From NCBI GenBank assembly GCA_965250285.1, contig OZ252299.1, forward strand, positions 5,216,001-5,280,000: DNA of 64,000 bases, given 5' to 3'. Of the stretch, positions 28,460 to 37,995 are shown piece by piece (the first letter of the stretch is position 1; every line of letters starts with the position of its first letter). The stretch comes from Myxococcota bacterium (lineage in GTDB: Bacteria; Myxococcota_A; UBA9160; UBA4427). The position numbers were made by a program, and so were the translations under genes. Below the pieces are notes generated by a model, which saw only the letters and a list, made by a program, of their open reading frames with translations, was not told the DNA's origin and did not search any database.

Positions 28460-28789
28460 TTCGGACTCCTCAAAAGTCTGTGGCCATTCTTTGGCCGTTG
28501 GGCGCACCCCGCCCGGCGCGGATCTCGCTCGCGATCTCCGAGCATGCACGCGCGCATGCACTGGGTGGAGGACGGGGGCGGGGGGCCAGGGGGGATTTCG
28601 TGAGCCCGGATTCTTGCGTTTCGACTCGGCGGTTGCCAGATCTGTGTAGGGTTTAGACCTGAATCCACCTCGAGACCGCTGTCCAGGTTTCGAGCGTGCA
28701 CACGGCTGACTCGGCGTCCTCTTGGCGCTGTCGCTTTGGGACGCGTTCGATTCCTCAATGCGGCTGGGCACCTGCCGCGACGCGGGCTC

Positions 28790-29317
28790 TTACAGGCCGA
28801 TGGGGCCGAAGCACTCCAACCGGTGAAAGTCGGGCGCCTCGCCGGGGACGGGGTGCAGCGCCAGATAGCGCCGCGTCGCCTCGACGCCATGGATCGCATA
28901 CGCGTTGCCGAGGCCGATCGGCGCAGGGATCCAATCGAGCGGCACCCGGGCACGCCCGGTCCAGCCGATCTGCCCGCGCTGCACCTCGTAGTCGAGGGCG
29001 TGCCCGCTCGCGACGACGTTGCGCTGTCCCGCCAGCTCGAGCACGAGATAGTGGCCCCAGGGTCCGAGCTCGATCTCGAGGTAGCGGTCGTCGTCGCCCA
29101 GCAGGAACAACTCGACGACTTCGTGGTTCCAGAGCCCGTCGCACGAGCCCTCGGGCGCGTCGGGCGGCGGATCTCGGTGAAGCGGAGCCGCGACGTCGAT
29201 CGCGAGGCCGTCGCCGCTCAGCGTGAGGTCGATCCGCACCGTCTCTTCGGTTGCGATTCGATGCCCGCGCCAGTCGTGCACGATCTCGAGGCCGCTGCTT
29301 CTCGATGCTTCGCTCAC
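28790..29317 (-). CDS. UPF0462/C4orf33-like protein
   Basis: 'LWNHEVVELFL...YLEIELGPWGHYLVL', 'NAYAIHG', 'PDFHRLE'; start uncertain. Confidence 0.7.
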   Translation of the reverse strand: MSEASRSSGLEIVHDWRGHRIATEETVRIDLTLSGDGLAIDVAAPLHRDPPPDAPEGSCDGLWNHEVVELFLLGDDDRYLEIELGPWGHYLVLELAGQRNVVASGHALDYEVQRGQIGWTGRARVPLDWIPAPIGLGNAYAIHGVEATRRYLALHPVPGEAPDFHRLECFGPIGL

Positions 29318-29450
29318 GACAGTGCGTGCTCCCGACTCGTTCGCCGACGTGATGAGTGCGTCGGTGGTGCAGGCGTCACGATCGGATCGCCGATCGAATT
29401 GCCGCGCCGAGGTGGTTGCCACGGCGGGGTTCGCCGTCGACATTCTGCCC

Positions 29451-30509
29451 ATGTCCGCCGCCGCTGGCCACGACCCCGGGTTCCTCGCGCGACTCGCCGC
29501 CGCTTGGGGCGAGCTCGAGGCGCCGCAGCTCACCCTGCTCTCGGGTGGGCTGCTGCACCGCACCTGGGCCGTCGCCGACCGGTCGGGTGACTACATCCTG
29601 CAGCGCGTCGCCGATGTGTTCGACCCGGCGGTGCACGCAAACGTCGAAGCCGTCACCGCCTACCTGGCCGCGCGAGGGGAGCCCACGCCGCGTCTGCTGC
29701 GAACCGTCGAAGGCGAGCTGCTGTGGCGGGATGACGGGGCCGATCACCGATTGATGACGCGCGTGCCCGGGCGGGCCTACGAGACGTGTCCATCGCCCGA
29801 CACGGCCCGGTCGGCTGCAGCGCTGATGGCGCGATTTCATTCGGCGCTCGCCGATTTCGCCGCGCCGCTTGCCGAGCTGGGGTTTGCCTACCGCGAGCCT
29901 GAGGTGTCGTTCGAGGCCTTCGATGCGGCGATCGCTCAGCGGGGCGACCACCCCCTGCATGCGGACGCCGTCGCGCTCGCGGGTCGCATCGCCGCAGCCC
30001 GCGCCGAGTGGCCTGCGCTCGGCGAGCTGCCCGTGCGCGTGATCCACGGCGACCTGAAATTCAACAACGTGCTCTTCGTCGACGACGCGACCGGGGCGAG
30101 CGCGGCCCATGTGCTGGTCGATCTCGACACGGTGCTGCGCCGCCCGCTCTATCACGACCTCGGCGATGCCTGGCGCTCGTGGTGCAATCGCCGCCCCGAG
30201 GACGATCCCGAGGCCGAGTTCGACGTCGATCTCTTTGCAGCCGCGGCCGGCGGCTATGTCGAAGCGCTGGGGTTCTCACCCACGGACGCCGAGCGGCGCT
30301 CGTTCGCGTGGGCCATCGAGCGGCTGGCGATCGAGCTCTCGGCGCGCTTCGCGACCGACGCGCTCGAGGAGCGGTGGTTCGGGTGGGACGACATGCGCTT
30401 CGACCGCTCGGGCGAGCATCAGCTGCTGCGCGCGCGTGGCCAGCTCGACCTCTACGAGCAGGTGCGGGCCGCGCGGTCGACGATCTCGTCGATCATCGAC
30501 CGCACCTAG
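29451..30509 (+). CDS. APH/choline-kinase-fold phosphotransferase (N-acetylhexosamine kinase-like)
   Basis: 'YILQRV', 'IHGDLKFNNVLF', 'LVDLDTV', 'DLGDAWRS'. Confidence 0.85.
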   Translation: MSAAAGHDPGFLARLAAAWGELEAPQLTLLSGGLLHRTWAVADRSGDYILQRVADVFDPAVHANVEAVTAYLAARGEPTPRLLRTVEGELLWRDDGADHRLMTRVPGRAYETCPSPDTARSAAALMARFHSALADFAAPLAELGFAYREPEVSFEAFDAAIAQRGDHPLHADAVALAGRIAAARAEWPALGELPVRVIHGDLKFNNVLFVDDATGASAAHVLVDLDTVLRRPLYHDLGDAWRSWCNRRPEDDPEAEFDVDLFAAAAGGYVEALGFSPTDAERRSFAWAIERLAIELSARFATDALEERWFGWDDMRFDRSGEHQLLRARGQLDLYEQVRAARSTISSIIDRT

Positions 30510-31270
30510 TCTTCGTCTTCGGCGGCCTTCTTGTGAACGCTCTGCTTGCGATACGCCTCGGCCGCGTAGTCGATCACCGCGTTGGCCTGGGCGCGCGAAC
30601 CCGTACCGAGCATCTGCACGTCGGTCGTCCCATGGACGTTGCCGAACCAGAGGCGCAGGATCTCCGACACGCCGGGGTAGCGATCGTCGAGACTCTCGAT
30701 GTCGGTCACGCCCTTGAAGTTCGAGCCCTTCTCGATCGCGAGGATCTTGTCGTCCTGCTCGAAGCGGTCGACGACCCGCACCACGCCGATCGGGATCGCC
30801 TTGATCGTCGTGCCGCGTGGCACGGTGGTGCCGAGCACCATCACGTCGAGGGCCTGCCCGTCGCCGCCCTTCGATTCGTCGAGCACCGTGCGCGAGACGA
30901 AGCCGTAGTTGCCGGGGTACGGCAGGTAGTCGATCACCCGGGGCTCGCCGGTGTTGCGATCGTTCTGCCAGACCAGCTGGTGCGGGTCTTCGCCGAGCTC
31001 CCACTTCTCGTTGGTGCCGGCCGGGATCTCGATCACGACGTTGATCGTGCCGTCCTCGTTGCGAGCGCGCCGATTCGAGAGCAGGTTCTGCTTCGACTTG
31101 TACGTCTGGTCGTTGACGCGCTTGAGTCCCTTGGCGAAGAGGGGGTCTCCCTTGGCCCACGCCCCGGGCGCCAGCGCGAGGCCCGCGGCGCACGCGACGA
31201 GGACGGTGACGCAGATCGCGACCGCGTTCGGTCGACGGAGGGTGGGAAGGCGGCTTCGTTGCGGGGTCAT
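30506..31270 (-). CDS. Family I inorganic pyrophosphatase-like protein with signal peptide
   Basis: 'VVIEIPAG', 'YPGNYGFVSRT', 'DGQALDV', 'DDKILA'; N-terminal hydrophobic signal ending in AWA. Confidence 0.8.
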   Translation of the reverse strand: MTPQRSRLPTLRRPNAVAICVTVLVACAAGLALAPGAWAKGDPLFAKGLKRVNDQTYKSKQNLLSNRRARNEDGTINVVIEIPAGTNEKWELGEDPHQLVWQNDRNTGEPRVIDYLPYPGNYGFVSRTVLDESKGGDGQALDVMVLGTTVPRGTTIKAIPIGVVRVVDRFEQDDKILAIEKGSNFKGVTDIESLDDRYPGVSEILRLWFGNVHGTTDVQMLGTGSRAQANAVIDYAAEAYRKQSVHKKAAEDED

Positions 31271-31440
31271 GAACGTCTCCAGCGCGCGCACTCGGCGGCG
31301 ATCGAGCCGGCACTCTACCAGCCCGCGCGCTTCGTCCCCAAGCACGGTTTCGGCAGCCGGTTGCTCGAGCGACCCGCGCTGCCTGACCTTCGACACCCCT
31401 CGGCCGCGCAGAGTGCCCTTGGCTCGGTCGCTACCATGGC

Positions 31441-32667
31441 ATGATCGCACCGACGACGAGGCGACGTGACATGCCTGCACCGAGACGACCGGGCCGCGCT
31501 CGGGGCACGTTCTGCGCTCTGCTCGCGTTGCTTCCCGCGGCGACGCGGGCGCAGCCGTCGGTCGAGGCGTCGCCCCCTGACCCCGGGCTGCGCGAGATCC
31601 ACATGAATCGCGAATTCGAGGTGCTGAAGCTCGCGCCTTCGAACGACGATCCGCGCGCGCGCCTCGCGCTCGCCGCGCGCGAGCTCGGCGACTGGCGCAT
31701 CCATCTCGCCGGGGCACCGATCGACGGCCCGGTGCTCGCGCGCATCGCGGCCACCCCCGACGACGAGCCGCTGCTGAGGGCCGCGCGCGAAGAGCTGCGC
31801 CGCGCAGTCGAGATCGAAGACCTGCTCTACCTGCTCGACGACGTCCTCGTCGCGGGCCGTGCCGGGCACCGGGGCGAGGCGATCTGGATCTCGCCGGGGC
31901 GTGGCCGGCGGGTGGGCGTGCTCGTGGCGACCGACGAGGTGTGGGGCAGCGCAAAGCGCGCCTACGGGACAGAGCCCGGCTGGCTCGACGTCACCGAACC
32001 TCGAGCGCAAGCCTCGTATCCCCCGGCGCAGGAGGGGGAGCCCCTCGGCCCGCGGTGGACGATGCGGTTTCGCAACCCGAGCACCGAGCCCGCGATGCTC
32101 GATGCGCTTCGCGCGGAGCGACCCGAGAGCGGCTTCGCCGAGCGCATCGAGAAGCTGCTCGCGCAGCTGCGCGCGACGGGTGCCGACGTCCAGGTCGAAT
32201 CGACCGTTCGTCTGCGCCAGCGCGGCTACTTGATGTGGGGCGCGTTCGTGCTCTCTCGAAGCAACGGCGAGAAACAGATCGAAGCGCAGATCGCGCATCT
32301 CGAGCGGCGCCGTAGAGAATGGAGCCTCGGCGACGTGACGATCCGCTGGCGTCATCCTCTCGGTCCGCGGGCCACGAAGGCCGCGGCCATCGAGATGGCC
32401 GACACCTACGCCGTCGTGTACGCGACCGAAGAAGGCGCACGCAACTCGCGCCACTACGGTGGTCGCGCAATCGACTTCACGGCCGTGGGGCTCCCGCGCA
32501 GCTTCGTTCTCACCGCACCGAACGGCCAGCGGCGTCGCTTCGACCTATCCGACCCTTCCGAGACGCGTGATCTCAGCTTGACGCCTCGGCTGGTGCGCTG
32601 GATCGAGGAGGCGTTCGGGTTGTCGAAGCTGACTTCGGATTATCCGCACTGGGATGATCGGGGATAG
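31441..32667 (+). CDS. Exported protein with C-terminal M15/LAS-type Zn peptidase motifs
   Basis: 'SRHYGGRAIDF' (SxHxxGxAxD) and 'DYPHW'; signal peptide; start may be 31471. Confidence 0.65.
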   Translation: MIAPTTRRRDMPAPRRPGRARGTFCALLALLPAATRAQPSVEASPPDPGLREIHMNREFEVLKLAPSNDDPRARLALAARELGDWRIHLAGAPIDGPVLARIAATPDDEPLLRAAREELRRAVEIEDLLYLLDDVLVAGRAGHRGEAIWISPGRGRRVGVLVATDEVWGSAKRAYGTEPGWLDVTEPRAQASYPPAQEGEPLGPRWTMRFRNPSTEPAMLDALRAERPESGFAERIEKLLAQLRATGADVQVESTVRLRQRGYLMWGAFVLSRSNGEKQIEAQIAHLERRRREWSLGDVTIRWRHPLGPRATKAAAIEMADTYAVVYATEEGARNSRHYGGRAIDFTAVGLPRSFVLTAPNGQRRRFDLSDPSETRDLSLTPRLVRWIEEAFGLSKLTSDYPHWDDRG

Positions 32668-32691
32668 GTAGGCGTGGGCTGGGTGCTCGGG

Positions 32692-32827
32692 TCGGCTTTT
32701 CGGGGGTGTCGTCCTCAGATTCCGGCTCGCTGGCTTTACGGGGACGGGGTGTTTTCGCTCGGAGCGGTCGGGGGAGCTGGTGTTGGCGCTCGCCTCCAAC
32801 TTGCGGGCGCCACCCCCGAAAAGCCGA
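32692..32827 (+). repeat. Dispersed hairpin element copy R4 (subfamily B)
   Basis: TCGGCTTTTCGGGGGTG...CACCCCCGAAAAGCCGA. Confidence 0.9.
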
Positions 32828-32900
32828 ACGAACCGGCTCCAGTTCGCGAGGGAGAGGGGTCGAAGGCGCGTCGCGCTCATTGGGCGCGCCTTGCGGGGGA

Positions 32901-34199
32901 TCAGTCGGTCGGGGGGATGATCGGGGGGGTGAGGAGCGGGGATCTCAGCAGGCCGGCTTCGACGGCCTGGCGAACGGCCTTCGTGTCGGCGAGGGGGCCG
33001 GGGATCGGGGCTCTTCGCCGGGCGAACTGCTGGGCGTTGTCGGTGTAGAAGGTGCGGTGCGCTTCCATCGATGCCCAGGCGCTCGGGATCGAGGCCAGAG
33101 AGAGCGTGATCGTCGAGAGCAGGACGAGGGCCGATCGGTTGCGGCTGGGCTTCAGGCCGTGCGCCTGAAGGAAGGCGACGAAGGTGAGCGCCATCAAGAG
33201 ATGCGAGTACACCCGGTACCGCGAGTCGAAGGCCTGGTCGAGGCCGAAGCCGAACCGCGTAAGCGCGACCGAAGCGAGGGTGAGCAGCACGAAGGTCATC
33301 GCCGCGAACACGCGCGGGTCGCGCCGCCATGTCGAGCCGAGCGCGATCACGACGTAGGCGACGCCGAGACCCCAGCCCGCGAAGCGCGCGAGCCAGCCGA
33401 CCCACGCGTCATCGAACGACACGCCGCCGCCGACGAGCGTGCAGAGATAGTCGAAGGCGGCGACCGGCGACGCGAACGCAGCGAACGGGCTCGGGTGGTG
33501 CTCGGGGCGCGCGTAGTCTGCGAAGTAGAGCGCGATGCATACGAGGGCCCAGACGCCGAATGCGGTCGCCTGCGACCAGGCGCGGGCGTGCAGCAAGAGC
33601 CCGAGGCCGACCGCGAACGTGAAGACGCCGGCCCCCAGGTTCAGGAACGCGAGGGTCGCGAAGAGCGCACCCAGCGCCGTGCGCAGCGGTGTCGGCTTCG
33701 AGAGGCATTCGATCGAGATCAGCGCGCAGAGCAGCATCGGATAGTGCTGGGCTGCGCCGGTCGCCCAGGTCGCAGCCTGCCAGTGCTGCAGCGTGAAGAG
33801 CAGCACGAAGATCGGCGCGGCCGCAAACACACGGTCGGCTCGCGCGCCCGCCGGCAGCCAGCTCGCAACGAGCGCGGCGACGCCGATCAGGCAGGCATTG
33901 CCGAGCCACATCACCGCGCGCAGGTCGAGGTGCCCCGCCGTCGCCGTCACGCCCGCGAAGAACGCCCGCGCCGTGAATGGCCGGTGCTCGTTGTGCAGCG
34001 CGAGCCAGCCCTGGCCGTCGTGGCCGAGCAAGAACCGTACGAAATCGACGTCGTCTTCGACCGGGACGTCGATCGCGAAGAGCCCGAGCGCGACGAAGTA
34101 GAACACGACGGCGGCGAGCGCGACGCAGAAGGCGATGCCGGCGAGCACCTCGCCGTGCCGCGAGGGGGCCTCGTCGACGGCCGGTGCGGGCTGCGTCAT
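32901..34199 (-). CDS. Polytopic membrane protein, GT-C glycosyltransferase-like
   Basis: About 11 TM segments, 'DVPVEDD' after TM1, 'HNEHRP', 'SRY'. Confidence 0.6.
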   Translation of the reverse strand: MTQPAPAVDEAPSRHGEVLAGIAFCVALAAVVFYFVALGLFAIDVPVEDDVDFVRFLLGHDGQGWLALHNEHRPFTARAFFAGVTATAGHLDLRAVMWLGNACLIGVAALVASWLPAGARADRVFAAAPIFVLLFTLQHWQAATWATGAAQHYPMLLCALISIECLSKPTPLRTALGALFATLAFLNLGAGVFTFAVGLGLLLHARAWSQATAFGVWALVCIALYFADYARPEHHPSPFAAFASPVAAFDYLCTLVGGGVSFDDAWVGWLARFAGWGLGVAYVVIALGSTWRRDPRVFAAMTFVLLTLASVALTRFGFGLDQAFDSRYRVYSHLLMALTFVAFLQAHGLKPSRNRSALVLLSTITLSLASIPSAWASMEAHRTFYTDNAQQFARRRAPIPGPLADTKAVRQAVEAGLLRSPLLTPPIIPPTD

Positions 34200-34404
34200 G
34201 GGCTCGCTCTCGGCCAATCCAGTTCCTCGTTCGTCGTGCGTGGACGCCCCGGCTCGACGACGCAGCGTCGTCGAGCGGCTGCATGATAGACTGCGCGGGG
34301 CTTCTTCGGCGCGCGCGGCTCCGCTCGGCCCGAGCGAGCGGTCGCTGGCGGGCGTTCGGCGTGACCTCGGCTGAGGAGCGAGCGAATCCGATGAGCCGAT
34401 CCCG

Positions 34405-36069
34405 TTGAGCACCCGAGACGAGCCCGGGCCGTCGTCGACGCAGGACGGCCGCGAAACCGAGGCGACGGTCGGCCGCTCGCTCGATCTGCATGGCATCGAC
34501 TTCGGCGCGATCCTGCTGGTGGGGGCGCTCTTCGCGTTGGCCGCCGCCCTCATCGTCACCGCCTGGGTCAGCGACGATGCACTGATCACGTTGCACACGA
34601 TCGATCAGTTCCTCGCTGGGCGTGGGCTTCGCTTCAACGCGATCGAACGTGTGCAGGCCTTCACGCATCCGCTCTGGCTCTTCTTCGTGACTCCGTTCTT
34701 CGCGGTGACGAGGGAGGGGCTGTGGGCGGCGATCGTGCCGAGCTGGCTGTGCACGGTCGGCGCCATCTTCTTCGCACTCCGCGTCTGTGGGGCGCGACAG
34801 ACCGGCGGCTGGGTCTGCGTGCTCGCGCTGGCGACATCGAAGTCGTTCGTCGACTACGCGACTTCCGGGCTCGAGAACCCGCTCACGAACGCGCTGCTCG
34901 CCGGTTTCGCGCTCGCTTGGCTCGGCCGCGTCGGTGGCGGAGTCGGGGATGCGCTCGCGCCCCGACGCGTCTTCGTGCTCTCGCTCCTCACCGCGCTCGT
35001 CTTCACCACGCGCGCGGACGCGACCCTCTTCGTCGCACCCACGGCGATCGCGCTCGGCGTACGTGCGTTGCTCGAGCGAAGGCTCGTCGCCTCGCTGCCC
35101 GCGGCGCTTGTGGGCGTGGTGCCGGCCCTGGTCTGGATGGGCTTTGCCTGGCTCTACTTCGGCGCCCCGTGGCCGAACACGGCGTACGCGAAGCTGTCGA
35201 CGGGCATCGACCGCGAGCTGCTGCTGGCCCAGGGCTTCGTGTATCTGCGGGTCTTCGTCGATGCGGATCCCGCTGGCGCGCTCGTGCTGATGGCGGGGGG
35301 GATCGCCGGGCTCGCGAGCCGCCGCCGCGAAGTGCGCCTGCTCGCCGCAGGCGTGCCGCTCTACGTCGGGTACGTCGTCTGGATCGGCGGCGACTTCATG
35401 GCGGGCCGGTTCCTGGCGACGCCGATCTTCGTGGCGGCGCTGCTGCTCGGCCGAGCTGCGAGTGATGCCGGGGAAGGGCGGGCCGCCGAAGCGGGCGACC
35501 GGGTGGCACCGCCCGCATGGCCGGCGCGGTTCGGGCCCGCCATCGCGATCGCGGCGACCTGCGTGGCGGCGCTCTCGCCCGGCTCGCCGCTGCGCGTGTC
35601 GCCGAGCGATACCTACGCGCTGATCGATGCGACCGGCGCCATGCCGGCCCACGGCATCGTCGACGAGCGACTCTGGTACTACACGCGCGCCGGCGCCTTC
35701 TCGGTGCACCGCGACAACGGCCTCGTGCCGCGATCGGCGTGCACGCCTGCGGCCGAACCGCGGGTGATCGTGCGCAACGTGTGCGGTGGGCTCGGCCGCA
35801 CCGCTTTCGAAGGCTGCGCCGACGATCACTGGATCGATCCGTGCGGCCTGAGTGATGCATTTCTCGCGCGACGGCCGCTGCCCGACGGTGCGGTCTGGCG
35901 CATCGGCCACTTCCCCCGCGCGATCCCGCGCGGCTACCGACAGAGCGTCATCGAAGGACGCCCGCGGATGAACGACGCGAGCCTCGACGCCGCCTTCGAG
36001 CAGACGCTGCTCGAGACGCGCGCGCCCGTGTGGGCACCGGAGCGCCTCGTTCACCTGCTCTCGCCCTGA
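34405..36069 (+). CDS. AftB-like (arabinofuranosyltransferase-related) GT-C membrane glycosyltransferase
   Basis: 'WVSDDALIT', 'ERVQAFTHPLW', 'TSGLENPL', 'PNTAYAK', 'GGDFMAGRF', 'RIGHF'. Confidence 0.75.
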   Translation: MSTRDEPGPSSTQDGRETEATVGRSLDLHGIDFGAILLVGALFALAAALIVTAWVSDDALITLHTIDQFLAGRGLRFNAIERVQAFTHPLWLFFVTPFFAVTREGLWAAIVPSWLCTVGAIFFALRVCGARQTGGWVCVLALATSKSFVDYATSGLENPLTNALLAGFALAWLGRVGGGVGDALAPRRVFVLSLLTALVFTTRADATLFVAPTAIALGVRALLERRLVASLPAALVGVVPALVWMGFAWLYFGAPWPNTAYAKLSTGIDRELLLAQGFVYLRVFVDADPAGALVLMAGGIAGLASRRREVRLLAAGVPLYVGYVVWIGGDFMAGRFLATPIFVAALLLGRAASDAGEGRAAEAGDRVAPPAWPARFGPAIAIAATCVAALSPGSPLRVSPSDTYALIDATGAMPAHGIVDERLWYYTRAGAFSVHRDNGLVPRSACTPAAEPRVIVRNVCGGLGRTAFEGCADDHWIDPCGLSDAFLARRPLPDGAVWRIGHFPRAIPRGYRQSVIEGRPRMNDASLDAAFEQTLLETRAPVWAPERLVHLLSP

Positions 36070-36285
36070 CCGCCGCGCCGACGCGCTCGGCCGGCCTCGG
36101 TCACACACCCCATGCGCACCCGCTGCACGCGAGCTGCGCATGGGTGATGGAACACTGCACGCGGGGGAGGGTTCATCGTGCGCTGGGCCACTGCGGGGGG
36201 GTTCAGTCGCCCCGGTTCGACGCCGATATACGGAGGGAGCGCGGTTATCAAAAGAGGGCCGCGTGCTCGACTCAGGAGCGTCGCC

Positions 36286-36582
36286 ATGATGGAAGCCACG
36301 ATGGGTCATCCCCGCCGAACCGGTCTGACCCGAGCGAAGCGGATCGAACGCCTCTCCCTGATGTTGGGGCTTCCGCTCCTTCTGCTGCTTCTCTCGCTGA
36401 CGGCGGGGATCGTGAACTACACGCCCGTTCGGCAGACCGTGCCCGGTGCGCGCGTCGATCCGACGCCGGTGACGCCCGTCGAGCAGGGTGAGCCGACGAT
36501 CCAGCCGCTGCGCGCGGCGCCGCCGGCGGCGACCGACTCCGCCGGCGAGCTCAGCCTGAACGGCTCCCCGTCGGCGTCGTAG
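36286..36582 (+). CDS. Small single-TM hypothetical protein
   Basis: AGGAG RBS, one hydrophobic segment, Pro-rich tail. Confidence 0.5.
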   Translation: MMEATMGHPRRTGLTRAKRIERLSLMLGLPLLLLLLSLTAGIVNYTPVRQTVPGARVDPTPVTPVEQGEPTIQPLRAAPPAATDSAGELSLNGSPSAS

Positions 36583-36691
36583 CGCCCAGCCTCGATTCAC
36601 GCGAGGCGCCACCCCAGATCACGCGACTCAGGGCCGGTGCGACCCGCGCCGAAAGGCCGAGCTGCGTCGTCGCGCCGACGCAGCGGGCTCT

Positions 36692-37138
36692 TCAGATCTC
36701 GATGCCGTCTTCGTCGGGACGCGCGGGCGAGAAGGGCGAGCCGCCAAAGATCCAGACGAGCGGCTGCAGCACTGTCCCGACCGAGAGCTGGGCCATCTCG
36801 AGGCTGAAGGCGACCGGGCTGCACTGACTGTGTCGCCCGCTCTCGAGTCGTCCGAGTGCGCGCACGAACGTGCTGCGCGTCGGCGTCTTCACACAGTGAT
36901 CGACCACCAGGTTGCCGTCCTTGGCGGCGGCTGCGATCGGGTATGCGACCGGGGTGATGGCCAGCCCGCTGGCCACCTCGACGAGGCCGAGCGGGCGCTC
37001 GACGAAGAGGTCGTAGACCACGGTGGCCGGCGTGGGGGAGGCCGAATCGGCGATCGCCGTCGGGGCCAGACCGCTCCCGAAGACGAGGAGCGGGGCCAGC
37101 GCGGCTGCGATGCGATTGCGCACGGGTCGTCGGTGCAT
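36692..37138 (-). CDS. Small exported hypothetical protein
   Basis: GGAGG RBS, signal peptide, 'YDLFVERPLGL'. Confidence 0.65.
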   Translation of the reverse strand: MHRRPVRNRIAAALAPLLVFGSGLAPTAIADSASPTPATVVYDLFVERPLGLVEVASGLAITPVAYPIAAAAKDGNLVVDHCVKTPTRSTFVRALGRLESGRHSQCSPVAFSLEMAQLSVGTVLQPLVWIFGGSPFSPARPDEDGIEI

Positions 37139-37313
37139 CCTGCGGACCTCCCTTGCGGCACGCGCGCCGAGTGGACGCGGGCTGCGCGCCCCTCGATCGT
37201 AGCCCGGCCGGGCCCCTCGATGAGATAGCCTTCCGACGCGCGGGCCTCTCTCGCCGGTTGCGACTCGAATCGCTTCTCTCACCTCTGAGCACGACCTCGA
37301 CGGTGCCGGGGGC

Positions 37314-37946
37314 GTGCGCCGACCCGGAGCCCGATTGTCCGACGACGCCGAATCGCCCCCTCGCCGCGGCGCCATCGTGTTGTGCGGCGGCCAATCGCGC
37401 CGCATGGGCAGGGACAAGGCCTCGCTGCCCTTCGGCGACGAGACTCTGCTCGAGCGCATCGTGCGCATCGTATCGCCCATCGTCGACGAGGTGGTCGTGG
37501 CGGCGCGGGCCGATCAGTCGGTGCCGGGTGACTTCGACGTCGTGCGTGATCCGCCGGGCGCCGAGAGCCCCATGGCCGGGCTCGTCGCCGGCTTGCGCAC
37601 CGTGCGCGCCGAGCGACTCTTCGTGACGGCGTGCGATGCGCCGCTGCTCAGCGCGCCCTTCGTCGAGCGGCTCTTCGAGCTGAGCGAGGGGTACGAGGTC
37701 GCCGTACCGCGCGTCGATGGACACCACATGGTACTCACGGCGATCTACGCGCGTGCGGTGCTGCCGCGGGCCGAAGCGCTCCTCGAAGCAGCGCGGCTTC
37801 GCCCATTCTATCTTCTCGAGCAGTCTGCGACGCGCATCATCGAGGCCGACGAGCTGCGCGACGTCGACCCCGAGCTCGACGGTCTGAGTGACTGCGACAC
37901 GCCGGAGGCCTATGCGTGGGCGCTCGAGCGCGCCGGGCTCGGCTGA
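37314..37946 (+). CDS. mobA: Molybdenum cofactor guanylyltransferase
   Basis: 'IVLCGGQSRRMGRDKA', 'ACDAP', 'DTPE'; directly upstream of the FDH genes. Confidence 0.9.
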   Translation: MRRPGARLSDDAESPPRRGAIVLCGGQSRRMGRDKASLPFGDETLLERIVRIVSPIVDEVVVAARADQSVPGDFDVVRDPPGAESPMAGLVAGLRTVRAERLFVTACDAPLLSAPFVERLFELSEGYEVAVPRVDGHHMVLTAIYARAVLPRAEALLEAARLRPFYLLEQSATRIIEADELRDVDPELDGLSDCDTPEAYAWALERAGLG

Positions 37947-37995
37947 AGACGTTCGGCGCGATCGCAGGCCCGGGCCGGCGGGCGAGGAGAGGGCC

